IMG/VR virus record: IMGVR_UViG_3300037478_000666
Location: 1-54,023 of that record
Strand: one strand, 5' to 3'
Source of the DNA: a virus
Lineage: Duplodnaviria; Caudoviricetes
Length of the DNA stretch: 54,023 bases
Shown here piece by piece: positions 1-9,100 of the stretch. How positions within the stretch are numbered: the stretch's first letter is position 1; every line of letters starts with the position of its first letter. The translations under genes and the position numbers were made by a program. Below the pieces are notes generated by a model. That model ran no database searches and was not told the DNA's origin. It was given only the letters and a program-made list of their open reading frames with translations.

Positions 1-2
1 CG

Positions 3-1568
3 CCGATCCTCGAGCGGCCGCCGCTCGCCGGCCGTGTCAGCGATCCTCGGTCTCGCGATGGCGCGAACACGATCCTCGAGAAGCAGTTCCCCGGCGGCTG
101 GCTCGGTCTCGTCGGATCGAATTCGGCGCGCGGCTTCCGGATGGTCACGGTCCGCATCGTCGCCGGCGACGACGTCGACGGATGGGCCGAGTCGGCTGGC
201 AGCGAGGGCGACCAGATCACGCTGGCCCGCCGCCGCGCGGAGCGCTCGCCCGACCGCCAATATCTCTGGATCTCCACGCCGACACACGAGCGCTCGCGGA
301 TCAAGAAGCTGTACGACCAGGCCCAACGTCGCGGCCGCTTCCACGTGCCATGCCCCCAGTGCGGCGAGTACCAGGTCCTCCGTTGGGGCGACCGCGACAC
401 GCCGTACGGCATCAAGTGGGAGCGCGGCAACCCGGAAACGGCGTACTACGTCTGTGCGGTGAACGGCTGCGTGTTCTACGACGAGGAGAAGCACGCGGTT
501 ATTCCGCAGGGAAAGTATCTGACGGAGGCCGGCGAACCGGTGCGAGACGGGTCCGCTCGTTCATACGGCTTCCACTTCTCCGCGCTGTCCGTCACGCTTG
601 CCGGATCCGAGTGGCCGAAGCTCGTCGACGAGTGGCTCACCGTGTACCCGGATCCGGTCGCACGGCGTGGCTTCGTGAACACGGTTCTCGCCGAGGTCTA
701 CACCGAGTCGAACGAAGACATATCCACGAGCCGCCTCGAGTCGCGCCGTGAGAACTGGCGTCGCCCGATCGAAGAAGGGGGCCGCGAGGTCGACGTGCCG
801 CATGGTGTCGGGATCCTGTCGATGTCCGTGGACGTTCAGGCGGACTGGATCGAAGGGGCCGTGTGGGGGTGGGGCACAGGCGAGGAATGCTGGCTCGTCT
901 ATCACGAGCGGATCTACGGCGACCCGGAGACGGCCGGCACGTTTGCGACGATCGAAGCGATCCGGCAGCGCAAATGGCTGCACGAGAGTGGGCGGGAAGT
1001 CCTGATCTGGCCTGTCGGCGTCGACGCACGGCACAAAGGCCCCGGTGTCGTCTATCCGTACGTCCGCGGCAAGGAGTCCGAGGGCGTGTCGGCGATGCTG
1101 GGCTACGATACCCGCGCGAAGAACGTGCTCTCGCGCGCCGAGCGGCCAAACAAGTACGGCGTGATGCCCTGGACCGTGCAGGTCGACTCGTTCAAGAGTT
1201 CGCTGTTCGAGCGACTCAAGATGAAGCAGCCGGAGCCGGGCCTGGCGGCGCCCGGCTACATCCATCTGCCCGTCGCGTTCCCGATGGGCGCGGATGCGAA
1301 CTTCATCCAGCAGTTTCGTGCAGAGAAGCGCGAAGAGAAGCGAAGTGCGGGGCGTTACCGGGCGAAATTCGTGCAGATCGAGCGACGAAACGAGGCGATT
1401 GACCTGTACGTTCTGGGCCTTGCCGCACTCCATACGCTCGGCCCGACCGTGAGATCTCAACTCAAGAGCCGCGCAGACGAATGGTCGAAGCCGCCGAAGC
1501 CGCCATCGAAGCCGGAGCAACCCGAAGCCGCGGCGGCGGTCGGCGGTTCGTGGGCCAACCGATTCTGA
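3..1568 (+). CDS. Terminase large subunit, lambda GpA family (5' truncated by window edge)
   Basis: Frame is open from position 3: NTILEKQFPGG..GSNSARGFR..RIVAGDDVDGW (Walker B region), ISTPT coupling motif, CPQCG and CAVNGC Zn-like motifs, nuclease motifs SVDVQADWIE and RRNEAIDLYV; lies just upstream of the portal. Confidence 0.95.
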   Translation, partial: PILERPPLAGRVSDPRSRDGANTILEKQFPGGWLGLVGSNSARGFRMVTVRIVAGDDVDGWAESAGSEGDQITLARRRAERSPDRQYLWISTPTHERSRIKKLYDQAQRRGRFHVPCPQCGEYQVLRWGDRDTPYGIKWERGNPETAYYVCAVNGCVFYDEEKHAVIPQGKYLTEAGEPVRDGSARSYGFHFSALSVTLAGSEWPKLVDEWLTVYPDPVARRGFVNTVLAEVYTESNEDISTSRLESRRENWRRPIEEGGREVDVPHGVGILSMSVDVQADWIEGAVWGWGTGEECWLVYHERIYGDPETAGTFATIEAIRQRKWLHESGREVLIWPVGVDARHKGPGVVYPYVRGKESEGVSAMLGYDTRAKNVLSRAERPNKYGVMPWTVQVDSFKSSLFERLKMKQPEPGLAAPGYIHLPVAFPMGADANFIQQFRAEKREEKRSAGRYRAKFVQIERRNEAIDLYVLGLAALHTLGPTVRSQLKSRADEWSKPPKPPSKPEQPEAAAAVGGSWANRF

Positions 1569-1579
1569 GGGGGAATCGA

Positions 1580-1849
1580 ATGACGCAATGGTTCGCGCTG
1601 CCGGTCGAGTGCGATGGCTGCCACAGTCAGACTCCGCATCGCACGACGGCCCGGATGCGCCAGTTCGCCGAGCAGCTGCCGCCGGATGAGGTTGTCACGC
1701 ACTTCATCTGCCAGCACGAGGTGCGGCCGCGCGTCCGCTGCAAGCATGTCGTGCTGATCCGGGCTGCCGACTACGCGCATGCCGTGCCCTCGCACGCACG
1801 CCCGCCACGCCTGAACACCTCGGCGTCGCGCTGGCTCAACGGCTACTGA
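1580..1849 (+). CDS. Small hypothetical protein, Cys-containing (CDGC...C...C)
   Basis: ATG at 1580 after GAGGGGG; 89 aa. Confidence 0.6.
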   Translation: MTQWFALPVECDGCHSQTPHRTTARMRQFAEQLPPDEVVTHFICQHEVRPRVRCKHVVLIRAADYAHAVPSHARPPRLNTSASRWLNGY

Positions 1850-1873
1850 TGGCACTTGCGCAACACCGAGCGT

Positions 1874-1882
1874 TGTGGATAA
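1874..1882 (-). promoter_or_regulatory. Perfect DnaA-box consensus (TTATCCACA on the minus strand)
   Basis: TGTGGATAA on the + strand in an intergenic gap; single copy. Confidence 0.35.
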
Positions 1883-1919
1883 CGTGTAGGCGTACGATGT
1901 AGCCGTGAGGGCGGCTTCT

Positions 1920-2010
1920 GCGCTTCCGCAGTGAGAGGGGGGCGCTCCCTGATTCTCGACCGCTTGGGTCGGGGGAATGGGGGCGCCCCCTCTCACGTTG
2001 GCGGTAGCGC
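1920..2010 (+). other. Long imperfect hairpin (about 90 nt) ending exactly at the GTG start of the head-joining gene
   Basis: GCGCTTCCGC/GCGGTAGCGC, GTGAGAGGGGGGCGC/GCGCCCCCTCTCAC, inner TCGACC/GGTCGG. Confidence 0.6.
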
Positions 2011-2571
2011 GTGCCGCATGAGACGATCCCGACGGTCGAGCCGACCCGGCTGGTAGCCGGCGAGAGCTGGCAGTGGGACAGGTACCTGAGCGACCACCTC
2101 CCGAGCGTCGGGTGGGAGCTCACGTATTTCCTGCGCCAGGGTGCGGCGGCCGCGATCGTTCTCACGACGTCCGCTGGCGCGGACGACCAGTTCGAGCTTC
2201 GCCATACCGGCAACTCCTCCAAGGACTACCCGCCCGGCCTCTACCGTCTCGTCGGCCGCGTCGAGCTCACGTCCGGCGAACGCTTCATCGTCCACGACAG
2301 CTACATCACCGTCGAGCCGGATCCCGTCGAGGGCACGCCGTCCGGCACGTTCGCCGAGCAGATGGTCGCGAAGATCGAGACTGAGCTGCTCGCGCTGTCG
2401 ACGACAAGTGCGACGCAGGCCGTGCGGCGGTGGAAGCAGGGCGACCGCGAGGAAGAGACGGCCGCGATCGATCGCCAGTATCTCATGGAACAGCTCGGCT
2501 ACTGGCGCGAGGAAGTCCGCCAGCAGCGCACCGGAAAGCTGTTCCAGAGCGTCAGGGGGCAGTTTGTCTAG
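2011..2571 (+). CDS. Probable head completion / head-tail joining protein (gpW position)
   Basis: Between terminase and lambda-type portal; EPTRLVAGESWQW..GWELTY N-terminus and helical C-terminus typical of this slot. Confidence 0.65.
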   Translation: MPHETIPTVEPTRLVAGESWQWDRYLSDHLPSVGWELTYFLRQGAAAAIVLTTSAGADDQFELRHTGNSSKDYPPGLYRLVGRVELTSGERFIVHDSYITVEPDPVEGTPSGTFAEQMVAKIETELLALSTTSATQAVRRWKQGDREEETAAIDRQYLMEQLGYWREEVRQQRTGKLFQSVRGQFV

Positions 2572-2836
2572 CCCCGCGCGCAAGGTTGCAGAGCGCCAGA
2601 TCCAGCCGGTTCGGGGGGAGCGGATAAAGGGATGGATCCGGGAGTGGTCGACGGCTGGTCTGGCGCTCGCCGGTTGGGCCCTCACGACGTCGGCGATCGC
2701 CTCCCTGACGTCCCCTGTGACGTGGCGGTTCAGCGCCGGCCTGGTGCTGCTGGTGCTCGTCGGACTCAAGCCAATCCGCGCCGTTGTCGTCGAGGGCCTC
2801 GACCGCCTGAGCCGGACGGAGAAGCGCGATGCGTAA
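2564..2836 (+). CDS. Small membrane protein (2 hydrophobic segments)
   Basis: TTG at 2564 after AGGGGG; AGLALAGWALTTSAIASL and FSAGLVLLVLVGL; overlaps the portal start. Confidence 0.6.
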   Translation: MSSPARKVAERQIQPVRGERIKGWIREWSTAGLALAGWALTTSAIASLTSPVTWRFSAGLVLLVLVGLKPIRAVVVEGLDRLSRTEKRDA

Positions 2837-4388
2837 CCCGTTCCGCGCTGCAGCCGAGCTCGGCGCTCCCGCGGCGTTCACTGGCGGCAGCAGTGCCTAC
2901 CAGGGCGCTGTCTCGAATCGGTTCACGATGGACTGGGTGCTCGCCTCGATCCAGTCGGCCGATCAGGAGACGCGCGCCGATCTGCGACAGCTTCGGGCCC
3001 GCTCGCGAGAACTCGCCCGCAACAACGAGCTCGCGACGAAATACCTGCATCTCCTCGAGGAGCAGGAGATCGGGGAGCACGGCATGCGGCTGCAGGCGAC
3101 GGTCAAGCGGCCGGACAACATGCTCGATCGCGGCATCAATCAGCGCATCGAGGACGCGTGGCACGAATGGTCTGAACCGGCGAACTGCACCGTCGACGGT
3201 GGCATGTCGTTCGCCGAAGTGCTCGCACTGAACACGCGGACGCGTGCTCAGGACGGTGAGTACCTGGTCCGCATGGTGCCGATGGCGGGCCGCGCGTTCG
3301 GCTTCGCCCTCCAGATCCTCGATCCCGACCAGCTCGACGAGCAGTACAGCGAATACCGAGGCCCCGGCCAGAACGAGATTCGCATGGGCGTCGAGATCGA
3401 CGTCTGGGGCCGCCCGGTCGCGTACTGGCTCTACGACCGCCACCCGGCCGAGAGCGGCTTCACGAGCCGCGCCCGCGAACGCAAGTCGGCCGAGTTCATC
3501 ATCCACGACTACAAGCGGCTGCGCGCCGGTCAGACACGGGGCGTCCCGTGGTTTGCGCCGGCGCTGTTCAAGCTGCGGATGATTCACGGCTACGAAGAGG
3601 CCGAAGTCGTCGGGATGCGTGGCGCCGCGGCGCAGGGCGGCTTCTTCACACGCTCACCCGAGAGCGCGCAGGACCCGAACGCTCCGAAGGCCGACCAGCA
3701 ATACTCGGTCGACGTCGAGCCGCTGTCGTATCACGCGCTGCCGCCCGGCTGGGAGTACCAGGAGCGCGACCCCAAGCATCCGAACGACGCGTACAACGAG
3801 TTTCACAAGGCGATGATCCGGGGCATCGCGAACGGGCTGAACGTCAGCTACGCATCGTTGGCGAACGATCTGACGCAGGTCAACTTCTCCTCCATCCGTG
3901 CCGGCCTGCTGAACGAGCGCGACGCGTGGCGCCGGCTCCAGCAGCACGACATCACCCACTTCTGCACGCCGGTCTACCGGACATGGTTCGCGTACGCGCA
4001 GCTCTCGGGCGCGCTGCAGCTGCCCGACCGCAATCGCGCCCGGTGGCTCCGTCACCGGTTCCTGCCGCGCGGCTTCCCGTGGGTCGACCCGGAGAAGGAT
4101 TCGAAGGCGAACGCGCTGCAGATCCGCATGGGCCTGAACAGCCGAACGCGCCTCGCCGCCGAACAGGGCCGCGACTTCGAGGAGATCCTCACCGAGCTGG
4201 CGATGGAGGAGGCACTCGCGGCGGAGATCGGCGTGACGCTCTCGACGGACACCAGCAATTCGTCGAACGAGAACGCCGAGCCCGACAGCGAAGCGTTTGA
4301 CGAATTGCCCGAATCGCTGCGCGCCCGGCTCATGGACAGCCGCCTCTTCGCGCACCTCCAGCCCAACGGCAACGGGAGGCACGGATGA
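2829..4388 (+). CDS. Portal protein, lambda family
   Basis: LRARSRELARNN, GVEIDVWGRPVAYW, GQTRGVPWFAP, DLTQVNFSSIRAGL, WVDPEKD motifs; 519 aa. Confidence 0.95.
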   Translation: MRNPFRAAAELGAPAAFTGGSSAYQGAVSNRFTMDWVLASIQSADQETRADLRQLRARSRELARNNELATKYLHLLEEQEIGEHGMRLQATVKRPDNMLDRGINQRIEDAWHEWSEPANCTVDGGMSFAEVLALNTRTRAQDGEYLVRMVPMAGRAFGFALQILDPDQLDEQYSEYRGPGQNEIRMGVEIDVWGRPVAYWLYDRHPAESGFTSRARERKSAEFIIHDYKRLRAGQTRGVPWFAPALFKLRMIHGYEEAEVVGMRGAAAQGGFFTRSPESAQDPNAPKADQQYSVDVEPLSYHALPPGWEYQERDPKHPNDAYNEFHKAMIRGIANGLNVSYASLANDLTQVNFSSIRAGLLNERDAWRRLQQHDITHFCTPVYRTWFAYAQLSGALQLPDRNRARWLRHRFLPRGFPWVDPEKDSKANALQIRMGLNSRTRLAAEQGRDFEEILTELAMEEALAAEIGVTLSTDTSNSSNENAEPDSEAFDELPESLRARLMDSRLFAHLQPNGNGRHG

Positions 4389-6973
4389 TCGACAATCCGA
4401 GGCGGCTGCTGTCCGCCTTCGGCTCGACCGCATGGGCCATCCAGGAATCGAAGCTCGAAGAGATCTGCGCCTTCCTCGAGCTGCGCGCCGCGGGCGGATC
4501 GCTCTCGGCCGATGAAGTACGCGCTCTCACATCGAGCAGCCGGAACGGGAAGGTGCAGTCCCGCGGCGGCGTCGTCGTGATCCCCGTGACCGGCTCGATC
4601 ACGCAGCGCGCGAACATGCTGACCGAGTACAGCGGCGGAACGTCGACCGAAAAGCTCGGCGCCCAGATCGACGCCGCGCTGAACAGCCAGGACGTCCGCG
4701 CGATCGTGCTCGACGTCGACTCACCGGGCGGCAACGTCAGCGGCGTTCCGGAACTCGCCGAGAAGATCTACGCCGCCCGCGGCCAGAAGAAGATCGTGGC
4801 CGTCGTGAACTCGCTGATGGCGTCCGCCGCGTACTGGATCGGCTCGTCGGCCGATGAAATCGTGATCACCCCGTCCGGCATGGTCGGCTCGATCGGCGTG
4901 CTCTGGGTCCACACCGAGTTCAGCGAGATGGACGCGGCGATGGGCATCAGGAACACGATCATCCGAGCCGGCCTCCACAAGGCCGAAGCGAACTCCATGG
5001 AGCCGCTGCCGGACGGTGCCCGCGAGCGCATGCAGACGATGGTCGACGACTACTACGACCAGTTCGTCGCGGCCGTCGCGCGCAACCGCCGCACCACGCC
5101 CGATGCTGTCCGGAAGGGCTATGGCCAGGGCGATGTGCTGACGGCGAAGCGCGCGGTCGGCGCAGGCCTCGCCGACCGCGTCGCCACGCTCGAGCAGGTC
5201 CTCTCCGAGCTCGGCGTCGAGCCGAACGCACTCGCCGAAGCCCGCGCGAAGGCCGCGACCGAGGAAGCGCGCAAGCTCGCCGCGGCCATCCCCGAATCCC
5301 GCTCGATCGAGATCGCAGCCGAGATCGAAGCGCACGGCATCATCGCCGAGCGCGTTGTGCTGCCGGTCCCGGTCGTCACGCTGGGAGCCGGCGACTACAC
5401 CGATGACGAGGACGATCCGGACGCGGCCGACATGCCCGACAATGAGCCGGATCCGCTCAATGATGACGAGCCGGAGACTGAGGACGAGGACGAAGACGAC
5501 GCGGCCGATGAGGGGGTAGCGGCCGTGCCCGATCAGCCTACCCCCGAACTCAACACGGCCCCCGCGGCCGAGGAGACCAGCATGGCCGATCAGGTCACTG
5601 CGGCCCCGGGTGGGGCCACGAAAATCACGGCAGTCGAGGCGACCGCCGCGGAGCGCCAGCGCGCGAAGGGCATCATGGCCCTCTGCCAGGAGTGGAGCAT
5701 GGCCGACAAGGCCGAGGGCTGGATCGACGCCGGCCTGTCGGTCGATCAGGTCAGTGCCGAGATCCTGAAGGTCAAGGCGCAGTCCGACGGCCAGCCGTTC
5801 CGCACACCGCCGCCGAAGCAGCTCCTCGACTGGACCGCCGAGGACCAGCTGAAATTCAGCGTGGTCCGTGCGATCAACGCTGCGGCGGATGGCGACTGGT
5901 CCGACGCGAAGTTCGAGCGCGAGGTCATGCTCGAGACGCAGAAGTCGCTCGGCTATGAGTCGCGCGGCGGCCGCAAGCTCCGCGGCAACAGCGTCATCAT
6001 CCCGACGGGACTGCGGGCGCTGCCGGACCCGTACCACGCCGCAGCCGCACGCACGGCCCGCCAGTTCGACCGCAGCTACGAGGACCCGCGGCGTCCGGGC
6101 GCGACGCTGACGGCGGGCGGTGCGACGTCCGGCGCCGAGCTCGTCTTCACCGAGGCTGGCAGCTTCATCGACATGCTGCGCAACCGGATGGTGACGACGC
6201 GCATGGGCGCGACGTTCCTGCCGGGCCTGCAGGGCAACGTCGACTTCCCGAAGCAGACGGCGGCGGGAACGTTCACGTGGCGGGCAGAGAACCCGGGAAC
6301 CAACGTCGCGCTGAGCGACCTGGTCACCGGGTCGGTGGAGCTCCGTCCGAACGACGGGACCAGCCGCACCTCGTTCTCCCGCCGACTGCTCGCACAGTCC
6401 GTCATCAACACCGAGCAGCTCGTCCGCTCTGACCTGGCCGCGATTTCGGCGATCGGTCTCGACCTGGCCGCGCTACACGGGGCGGGCGGCAACGAACCGA
6501 CGGGCATCTACAACCAGTCCGGCGTGAACGCGGTCGCGTTCAACGGTGTGATCACGTACGCGAAGGTCGTGGACATGGAGACCGAGATCGCGGCGGACAA
6601 CGCCGACATCGGTCGCATGGGCTACGTCACCACGCCGCGCGTCCGCGGTGTCGCGAAGAAGACCGAGGTGTTCGCCACGACGAACGGCATGCCGCTCTGG
6701 ACCGGCACCGTTCTCGAAGGCGAAATGAACGGATACCGCGCACTCGCCTCGAACCAGCTCTCAAGCACGCTCGGGTCCGGTGCCGAGCACGGAATCATCT
6801 TCGGCGCGTGGGAGCACCTGCTCATCGGCGAGTGGGGCGCGATGGAACTGATCGTCGACCCGTACACGCTCGCCGGCCAGGGGCTCATCGTGATCACGAC
6901 CTTCCTGATCGCGGACGCGGCCGTTCGCTACCCCGAGGCATTCTGCATCGGGACGAATCTCCAGCTCTCCTGA
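4385..6973 (+). CDS. Fusion of S49 (SppA/gpC-like) head maturation protease, acidic linker/scaffold and HK97-fold major capsid protein
   Basis: LDVDSPGG, MASAAYWIGS, GSIGV protease motifs; D/E-rich linker; capsid motifs FIDMLRNRMV, GGNEPTGI, GEMNGYRALASNQ, IFGAWEHLLIGEWGAMELIVDPYT. Confidence 0.93.
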   Translation: MIDNPRRLLSAFGSTAWAIQESKLEEICAFLELRAAGGSLSADEVRALTSSSRNGKVQSRGGVVVIPVTGSITQRANMLTEYSGGTSTEKLGAQIDAALNSQDVRAIVLDVDSPGGNVSGVPELAEKIYAARGQKKIVAVVNSLMASAAYWIGSSADEIVITPSGMVGSIGVLWVHTEFSEMDAAMGIRNTIIRAGLHKAEANSMEPLPDGARERMQTMVDDYYDQFVAAVARNRRTTPDAVRKGYGQGDVLTAKRAVGAGLADRVATLEQVLSELGVEPNALAEARAKAATEEARKLAAAIPESRSIEIAAEIEAHGIIAERVVLPVPVVTLGAGDYTDDEDDPDAADMPDNEPDPLNDDEPETEDEDEDDAADEGVAAVPDQPTPELNTAPAAEETSMADQVTAAPGGATKITAVEATAAERQRAKGIMALCQEWSMADKAEGWIDAGLSVDQVSAEILKVKAQSDGQPFRTPPPKQLLDWTAEDQLKFSVVRAINAAADGDWSDAKFEREVMLETQKSLGYESRGGRKLRGNSVIIPTGLRALPDPYHAAAARTARQFDRSYEDPRRPGATLTAGGATSGAELVFTEAGSFIDMLRNRMVTTRMGATFLPGLQGNVDFPKQTAAGTFTWRAENPGTNVALSDLVTGSVELRPNDGTSRTSFSRRLLAQSVINTEQLVRSDLAAISAIGLDLAALHGAGGNEPTGIYNQSGVNAVAFNGVITYAKVVDMETEIAADNADIGRMGYVTTPRVRGVAKKTEVFATTNGMPLWTGTVLEGEMNGYRALASNQLSSTLGSGAEHGIIFGAWEHLLIGEWGAMELIVDPYTLAGQGLIVITTFLIADAAVRYPEAFCIGTNLQLS

Positions 6974-6988
6974 GCCGTCTGACTGAAA

Positions 6989-7014
6989 CCCGGTCCCGCT
7001 TCGGTGGGACCGGG
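6989..7014 (+). terminator. Stable stem-loop after the capsid gene (cUUCGg tetraloop); terminator or mRNA stabiliser
   Basis: CCCGGTCCCGC-TTCG-GTGGGACCGGG; no U-tract. Confidence 0.6.
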
Positions 7015-7045
7015 CCTCGGCGGATCACGAAACAGGGAGGTTGCA

Positions 7046-7351
7046 GTGACACTGACATCGGTTCCGGACAAGTCGACCGATCAGGTGCAAGTCCGGTTCA
7101 CGGCGAACGTCGTGTGGCAGGGCGTGGTGTACGGGCCCGACCACCTCGACATACCAGTACCGATGCGTCGAGCGGATGCGCTGGCTCTGCTGCAGCGTCG
7201 TCGCGCGCGGCTAATCGAAGAGGTCGTCAGCCGGCCTGTCGAGGCTGAGCTGCCGGCCGTGCGCGAACCGATCGACGAACCACCCGCGCCGCCGGCCGCG
7301 GCCGAGCCGAAGCCGACCACGCGCCGGACGCGGCGACGCACGAACAAGTGA
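7046..7351 (+). CDS. Hypothetical head-associated protein
   Basis: GTG at 7046 after AGGGAGG; Pro/Ala-rich then basic C-terminus, a common type just after capsid genes. Confidence 0.65.
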   Translation: MTLTSVPDKSTDQVQVRFTANVVWQGVVYGPDHLDIPVPMRRADALALLQRRRARLIEEVVSRPVEAELPAVREPIDEPPAPPAAAEPKPTTRRTRRRTNK

Positions 7352-7354
7352 CGC

Positions 7355-7711
7355 ATGACGCTCCGGTACGCTCCGCTCCGCATCTCGATCTTCCGGCCGT
7401 CGGCCGGCGGGAAGACCGCGTATCGCGAGCATCGCCGGAGCTACACATCGCTCGCGACGGACGTGCCGTTCGATCTGCAGTCGAAGACGGGGTCGGTTGC
7501 GCGCGAGCAATTCGGGCGAATGGGCGGATCGGTCTGGGCCGGCTTCGGCAACGAGGGCCTCGATCTTCAGCAGGACGACGGCGCGCTGGTGACCAGCGAC
7601 GTCAACACCGCGCTCAACGGTCGGCGCTTCCTCGTCCGGAACGCCTGGAACGTGGAAGCCCGCGGCGGCTGGCAGGGCGAACTCGAGGAAACCGATGACG
7701 AGTTCGGATGA
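7355..7711 (+). CDS. Probable head closure / neck protein
   Basis: Synteny; 118 aa beta-rich; coupled by ATGA to the next gene. Confidence 0.55.
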   Translation: MTLRYAPLRISIFRPSAGGKTAYREHRRSYTSLATDVPFDLQSKTGSVAREQFGRMGGSVWAGFGNEGLDLQQDDGALVTSDVNTALNGRRFLVRNAWNVEARGGWQGELEETDDEFG

Positions 7712-8172
7712 GCCCGGTCAACGCATCGCTCGGCAACCTCACGCTCGCGTGGGTGGATCGGCTCGCAGGCGACGCCACGTTCGAGAGCCTCGTGGGGCTG
7801 GATTCCGACGGCACGGTCCGGCTCGTACACGGCTGGCCCGACGAGTTGCTCCTGAAGCCGAGTCGGGACGACCTGCCGCGCGTCACGTGGATGACGACGG
7901 CGATTGTGCCACGCTCGGCGGATCCGGAGTACGTGATCATCGCGAGCGAGACCTGGGACATACCGGCGGACGCGGCCGACCCGGATCGCGGACTCGCAAC
8001 CGTGAACGCGATCGATGACCAGATGCTGGCACTGCTCTACCCGGACGAGAACGCGGCGACGTGGTTCGACACGGCGCGCGGAATTTACGTCTCGAGCGTG
8101 TGTCTCGAGGGCTCCGATCCACCGAGTCGCCTCATCCGGCGCCGCCGGCTCTGGCAGGTAGCGGCCGCATGA
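7708..8172 (+). CDS. Probable tail terminator protein
   Basis: Synteny; LPRVTW, ETWD and AIDDQMLALL pattern resembles tail terminator proteins. Confidence 0.5.
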   Translation: MSPVNASLGNLTLAWVDRLAGDATFESLVGLDSDGTVRLVHGWPDELLLKPSRDDLPRVTWMTTAIVPRSADPEYVIIASETWDIPADAADPDRGLATVNAIDDQMLALLYPDENAATWFDTARGIYVSSVCLEGSDPPSRLIRRRRLWQVAAA

Positions 8173-8549
8173 GACCGCTCCGCGACGTGATCCGCCGCAG
8201 GCCGAAGCGAATCCTCGAGCTCGAGGATGGTGCGTTCGCGCACGCGCTCCAGACGGCGGAGTCGATTCATCAGCGGCCGCAGCGGGTGCGCGTCGTGATC
8301 CTCGTGACGGACGACCCGCCCGAGGGGCGCGCAGAGACGATCCGACCATTCCGCAGGGAATTGCGGCTCGGCCGGCGGTGGAAAGAGTGGCGGACGTACT
8401 GGGAGGGCCCGTGGTCTCGGCTGCACGAGGAGATGCTGCGACCGAGTGCGAACTACCACGCGTTCATTCCGGACGACGCAACACTGAGGCGAGCAGCAGA
8501 GTTGGCCGACGCACGGGTGGCGATGGCTTCGGTTCGTTCCACAGTCTGA
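8169..8549 (+). CDS. Hypothetical protein
   Basis: ATGA-coupled start at 8169; fills the gap before the tail tube gene. Confidence 0.55.
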   Translation: MRPLRDVIRRRPKRILELEDGAFAHALQTAESIHQRPQRVRVVILVTDDPPEGRAETIRPFRRELRLGRRWKEWRTYWEGPWSRLHEEMLRPSANYHAFIPDDATLRRAAELADARVAMASVRSTV

Positions 8550-8562
8550 CAGCGAGGCGATA

Positions 8563-9096
8563 ATGGCGGCAGCAGCGAACGCTTTCACGCGCGGGCATTC
8601 CGAGGTTGGTCACGTCGCGGCCGGTCCGGTCGACGTCCCGTGGGGCAAGACGGCAGAAGAGGCGGTCGAGATCCAGATGAACGTGACCTCGGTCGACCTG
8701 TTCAGTTCTCAGTCGAAGATGGAGGAAGACACCGGGATCTCGCGGGTCTCGATGTCGCTGGCGATCAACGGCATCGACGGCGCCCTCCAGAACATCGGTC
8801 GCATGTTCGGCATGCCCGATACGGCTTTCACCGGCGACCTGTCGGCGAGCACGGACGAGGTGCTGCGCTTCGACCAGGACGACATCGGCGAGGAGGTCCG
8901 TGAGATCTACAGCCTCGGCGCCGGCGCGCTCGCGTCGGTCCGTCGCGTCTCCGCTCCGCGATGCAAGCTGACAGACGTCGGCCCGCTCGCGCAGTCGAAG
9001 ACCGGCTGGATGGTACCGAACGCCACGTGGCGCATCCTCAACCCGAACACGGCCGGCGTGTCCGTCCTGACGATCCGCGATCTCGCGTCTTCGTGA
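8563..9096 (+). CDS. Probable major tail (tube) protein
   Basis: 177 aa; GAGG RBS; WGKTAEEAVEI pattern; position before chaperones and tape measure. Confidence 0.6.
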   Translation: MAAAANAFTRGHSEVGHVAAGPVDVPWGKTAEEAVEIQMNVTSVDLFSSQSKMEEDTGISRVSMSLAINGIDGALQNIGRMFGMPDTAFTGDLSASTDEVLRFDQDDIGEEVREIYSLGAGALASVRRVSAPRCKLTDVGPLAQSKTGWMVPNATWRILNPNTAGVSVLTIRDLASS

Positions 9097-9100
9097 TCCC

